Assembly: GCA_002269645.1 (NCBI GenBank) | Contig: NIVC01002143.1 | Span: 60,768 to 124,767, forward strand | DNA: 64,000 nt | Reading direction: 5' to 3' | Origin: Macrostomum lignano | Lineage: Eukaryota | Shown: positions 62,982-64,000 of the stretch, piece after piece | Position numbering within the stretch: the stretch's first letter is position 1 | Layout: each line of letters starts with the position of its first letter | Notes under the pieces: generated by a model | The model's database searches: none | What the model saw: only the letters and a program-made list of their open reading frames with translations | What the model was told of the DNA's origin: nothing | Position numbers and translations under genes: made by a program

Positions 62982-63884
62982 CTAGCAAGCGGATTTCTGC
63001 CTGGTTGGAGACAGAATCAGCGGATCTTTCAGGCGCCTGGCCTCGTCTCGAGCTGCGAGATCTGCTCCCGAAGCATGTTGTACTGCTCAACAAGTCAAAT
63101 TTCTGTTTCTCCGCGTCTGAGTAAAATTTCTTCAGGTATTCCCGGTCCCACACTTGCGGAAGGTGTACTCCTGCGGATGGAGAAAGGAGTGCGGCACTCG
63201 GTTGAGCTGGTCACTCCGAGATATCACTCCGAGACTATGATATGGTCACTCCGAGACTAAAATATTGTCACTCCGAACTACAATATTGTCACTCTGAGAC
63301 TAATATTGTCACTCTGAGACTAATATTGTCACTCCGAGACTAAAATATTGTCACTCCGAGACTACAATATTGTCACTCTGAGACTAAAATATTGTCACTC
63401 CGAGACTACAATATTGTCACTCTGAGACTAATATTGTCACTCCGAGACTAAAATATTGTCACTCCGAGACTAAAATATTGTCACTCCGAGACTACAATAT
63501 TATCACTCCGAGACTATAATATTGTCACTCTGAAATTGTCACACTGACTCTTGAAGATTGTCACACTGTCACTCTGGAGTTGTCACACTGACTCTTTGGA
63601 GATTGTCAACTGTCACTCTGGAGACTGTCACATGTCACTCTGGAATTGTCACTCTTGCAGACGGGCCCAAAGGCACTCACCTGCTTGGTGATAACATAGT
63701 AGGCGTAGGCAACCATAAGCGTGCCGTAGCCAACAAAGTAGATGACGGGCTCCATGATGTCCCAGCTGTATTCCCACCAGGTCAAACGGGCCAAAAAGCC
63801 AAACTGCAGGCCCATGAAGGACAGGCCGAGCCAGGTGAGGACACGGGTCTGCTGTGACGCTTTGTTAGCGAGTTGAAGGCGGAC
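62982..63884 (-). CDS. MCU: Mitochondrial calcium uniporter, 3' exons only; three apparent -1 frameshifts in last exon
   Basis: Exon 63884-63681 encodes TM1[16 protein letters not shown]2. Exon 63170-62982 gives [41 protein letters not shown], matching the MCU C-terminal coiled coil. The gene start lies beyond the window. Confidence 0.9.
63225..63660. repeat. ~20-24-bp minisatellite (aatattgtcactccgagact)
   Basis: Fills the MCU intron 63680-63171. Confidence 0.93.
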
Positions 63885-64000
63885 CTTGGGAGAGAAATGG
63901 GATTTATGGCTTTTGCTAGCTTATAAGGGATATCGGAGTGCCAAGAGTGTAAGTGAATAGCAGTAAAGTATGAAATAAAAAAGGTATACATTAAAGAACT

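Overview
Eukaryotic (animal) genomic DNA with GC-rich exons separated by introns that are almost all filled with tandem repeats. The style suggests the flatworm Macrostomum lignano, but that is inference only. Gene models were spliced by hand from GT/AG sites and reading-frame continuity. Left to right: (1) two tandem paralogous genes (<1-3964 and 4911-12006, +) encoding a coiled-coil leader followed by 3 and 4 tandem six-bladed NHL-like beta-propellers, built from symmetric phase-2 exons; (2) a 17-exon spectrin-repeat + 6 Ig I-set gene (zormin/CCDC141-like, 15647-33766, +) ending in a keratin-like Gly/Ser tail; (3) an inverted, convergent pair of Ly6/uPAR three-finger genes sharing a 3' minisatellite; (4) a divergent atypical PKC (-) head-to-head with TMEM144 (+); (5) a co-oriented (-) run of MCU, an N-formylglutamate amidohydrolase-like gene and a PLPP6-like phosphatase. 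There are also three copies of a ~450-bp MITE, one tRNA/CORE-type SINE and about 35 mini/microsatellites. Nine single-base-short frameshifts interrupt otherwise well-conserved exons of six genes. All can be repaired by one extra C on the coding strand. Long-read assembly error is the most likely cause, but it is worth testing against RNA. Most long ORFs in the supplied track are repeat artefacts.
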